DNA of 64,000 nucleotides from Escherichia coli (GTDB lineage Bacteria; Pseudomonadota; Gammaproteobacteria; Enterobacterales; Enterobacteriaceae): NCBI RefSeq assembly GCF_024700885.2, contig NZ_CP117016.1; one strand, 5' to 3'. Shown piece by piece: positions 63,870 to 64,000 of this stretch (position 1 is its first letter; each line of letters starts with the position of its first letter). The notes under the pieces were generated by a model. It saw only the letters and a program-made list of their open reading frames with translations, ran no database searches and was not told where the DNA came from. The position numbers and the translations under genes were made by a program.

Positions 63870-64000
63870 ATGGCAAAGTACAACGAAAAAGAGCTGGCGG
63901 ATACGAGCAAGTTTTTAAGTTATGTCCTCCGACACAAACCGGAGGCGATTGGTATCGTACTGGACCGTGAAGGATGGGCGGATATCGATAAGCTCATACT
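63870..64000 (+). CDS. kptA: RNA 2'-phosphotransferase, N-terminal 43 codons; continues past window end
   Basis: [43 protein letters not shown]. Confidence 0.8.
   Translation, partial: MAKYNEKELADTSKFLSYVLRHKPEAIGIVLDREGWADIDKLI

Noticed and set aside
1-64000. CRISPR arrays, rRNA and tRNA genes
   Set aside because: No regularly spaced direct repeats and no sequence I could confidently fold as a tRNA or recognise as rRNA; a tRNA scan by software would be needed to exclude a tRNA.

Overview
This window reads as an Escherichia/Shigella-type chromosomal segment in two parts. Positions 1 to about 44.8 kb are an IS-rich accessory mosaic; from about 44.8 kb to the end is conserved core (nanS-nanM-nanC, a truncated fim locus, gntP, uxuAB, uxuR, yjiC, iraD, hypT, iadA, yjiGH, kptA 5' end). 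The accessory part carries a deoQ/deoKP deoxyribose locus, a TetR/BCCT-transporter/DUF2254 module, an msbB2-like lipid A acyltransferase with an IS1-truncated virK, decayed IS3-family and IS66 copies, and a CP4-like module (YagK-like, alpA, yeeP-like GTPase, Ag43/flu with its GATC switch, DUF932, klcA-like, radC-like, yeeT-like, cbeA/cbtA). The most interesting feature is an AT-rich, translationally coupled three-gene operon at 33707-43124: an SNF2-family ATPase, an unusually large beta-class DNA methyltransferase, and an SF2 DExH helicase with a C-terminal PD-(D/E)xK-like motif. It resembles a Type III mod/res pair recruited to an SNF2 partner (DISARM class 1-like gene order without drmB/drmC) and is followed convergently by a small ORF and an HNH endonuclease. 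Two same-orientation IS1 copies bracket about 37 kb, and the second has replaced fimB through the 5' part of fimD. All calls are from reading the sequence and ORF translations against remembered protein families; no database search was run, so gene names outside the core block and all IS family names are from memory. No CRISPR array, rRNA or tRNA was recognised.
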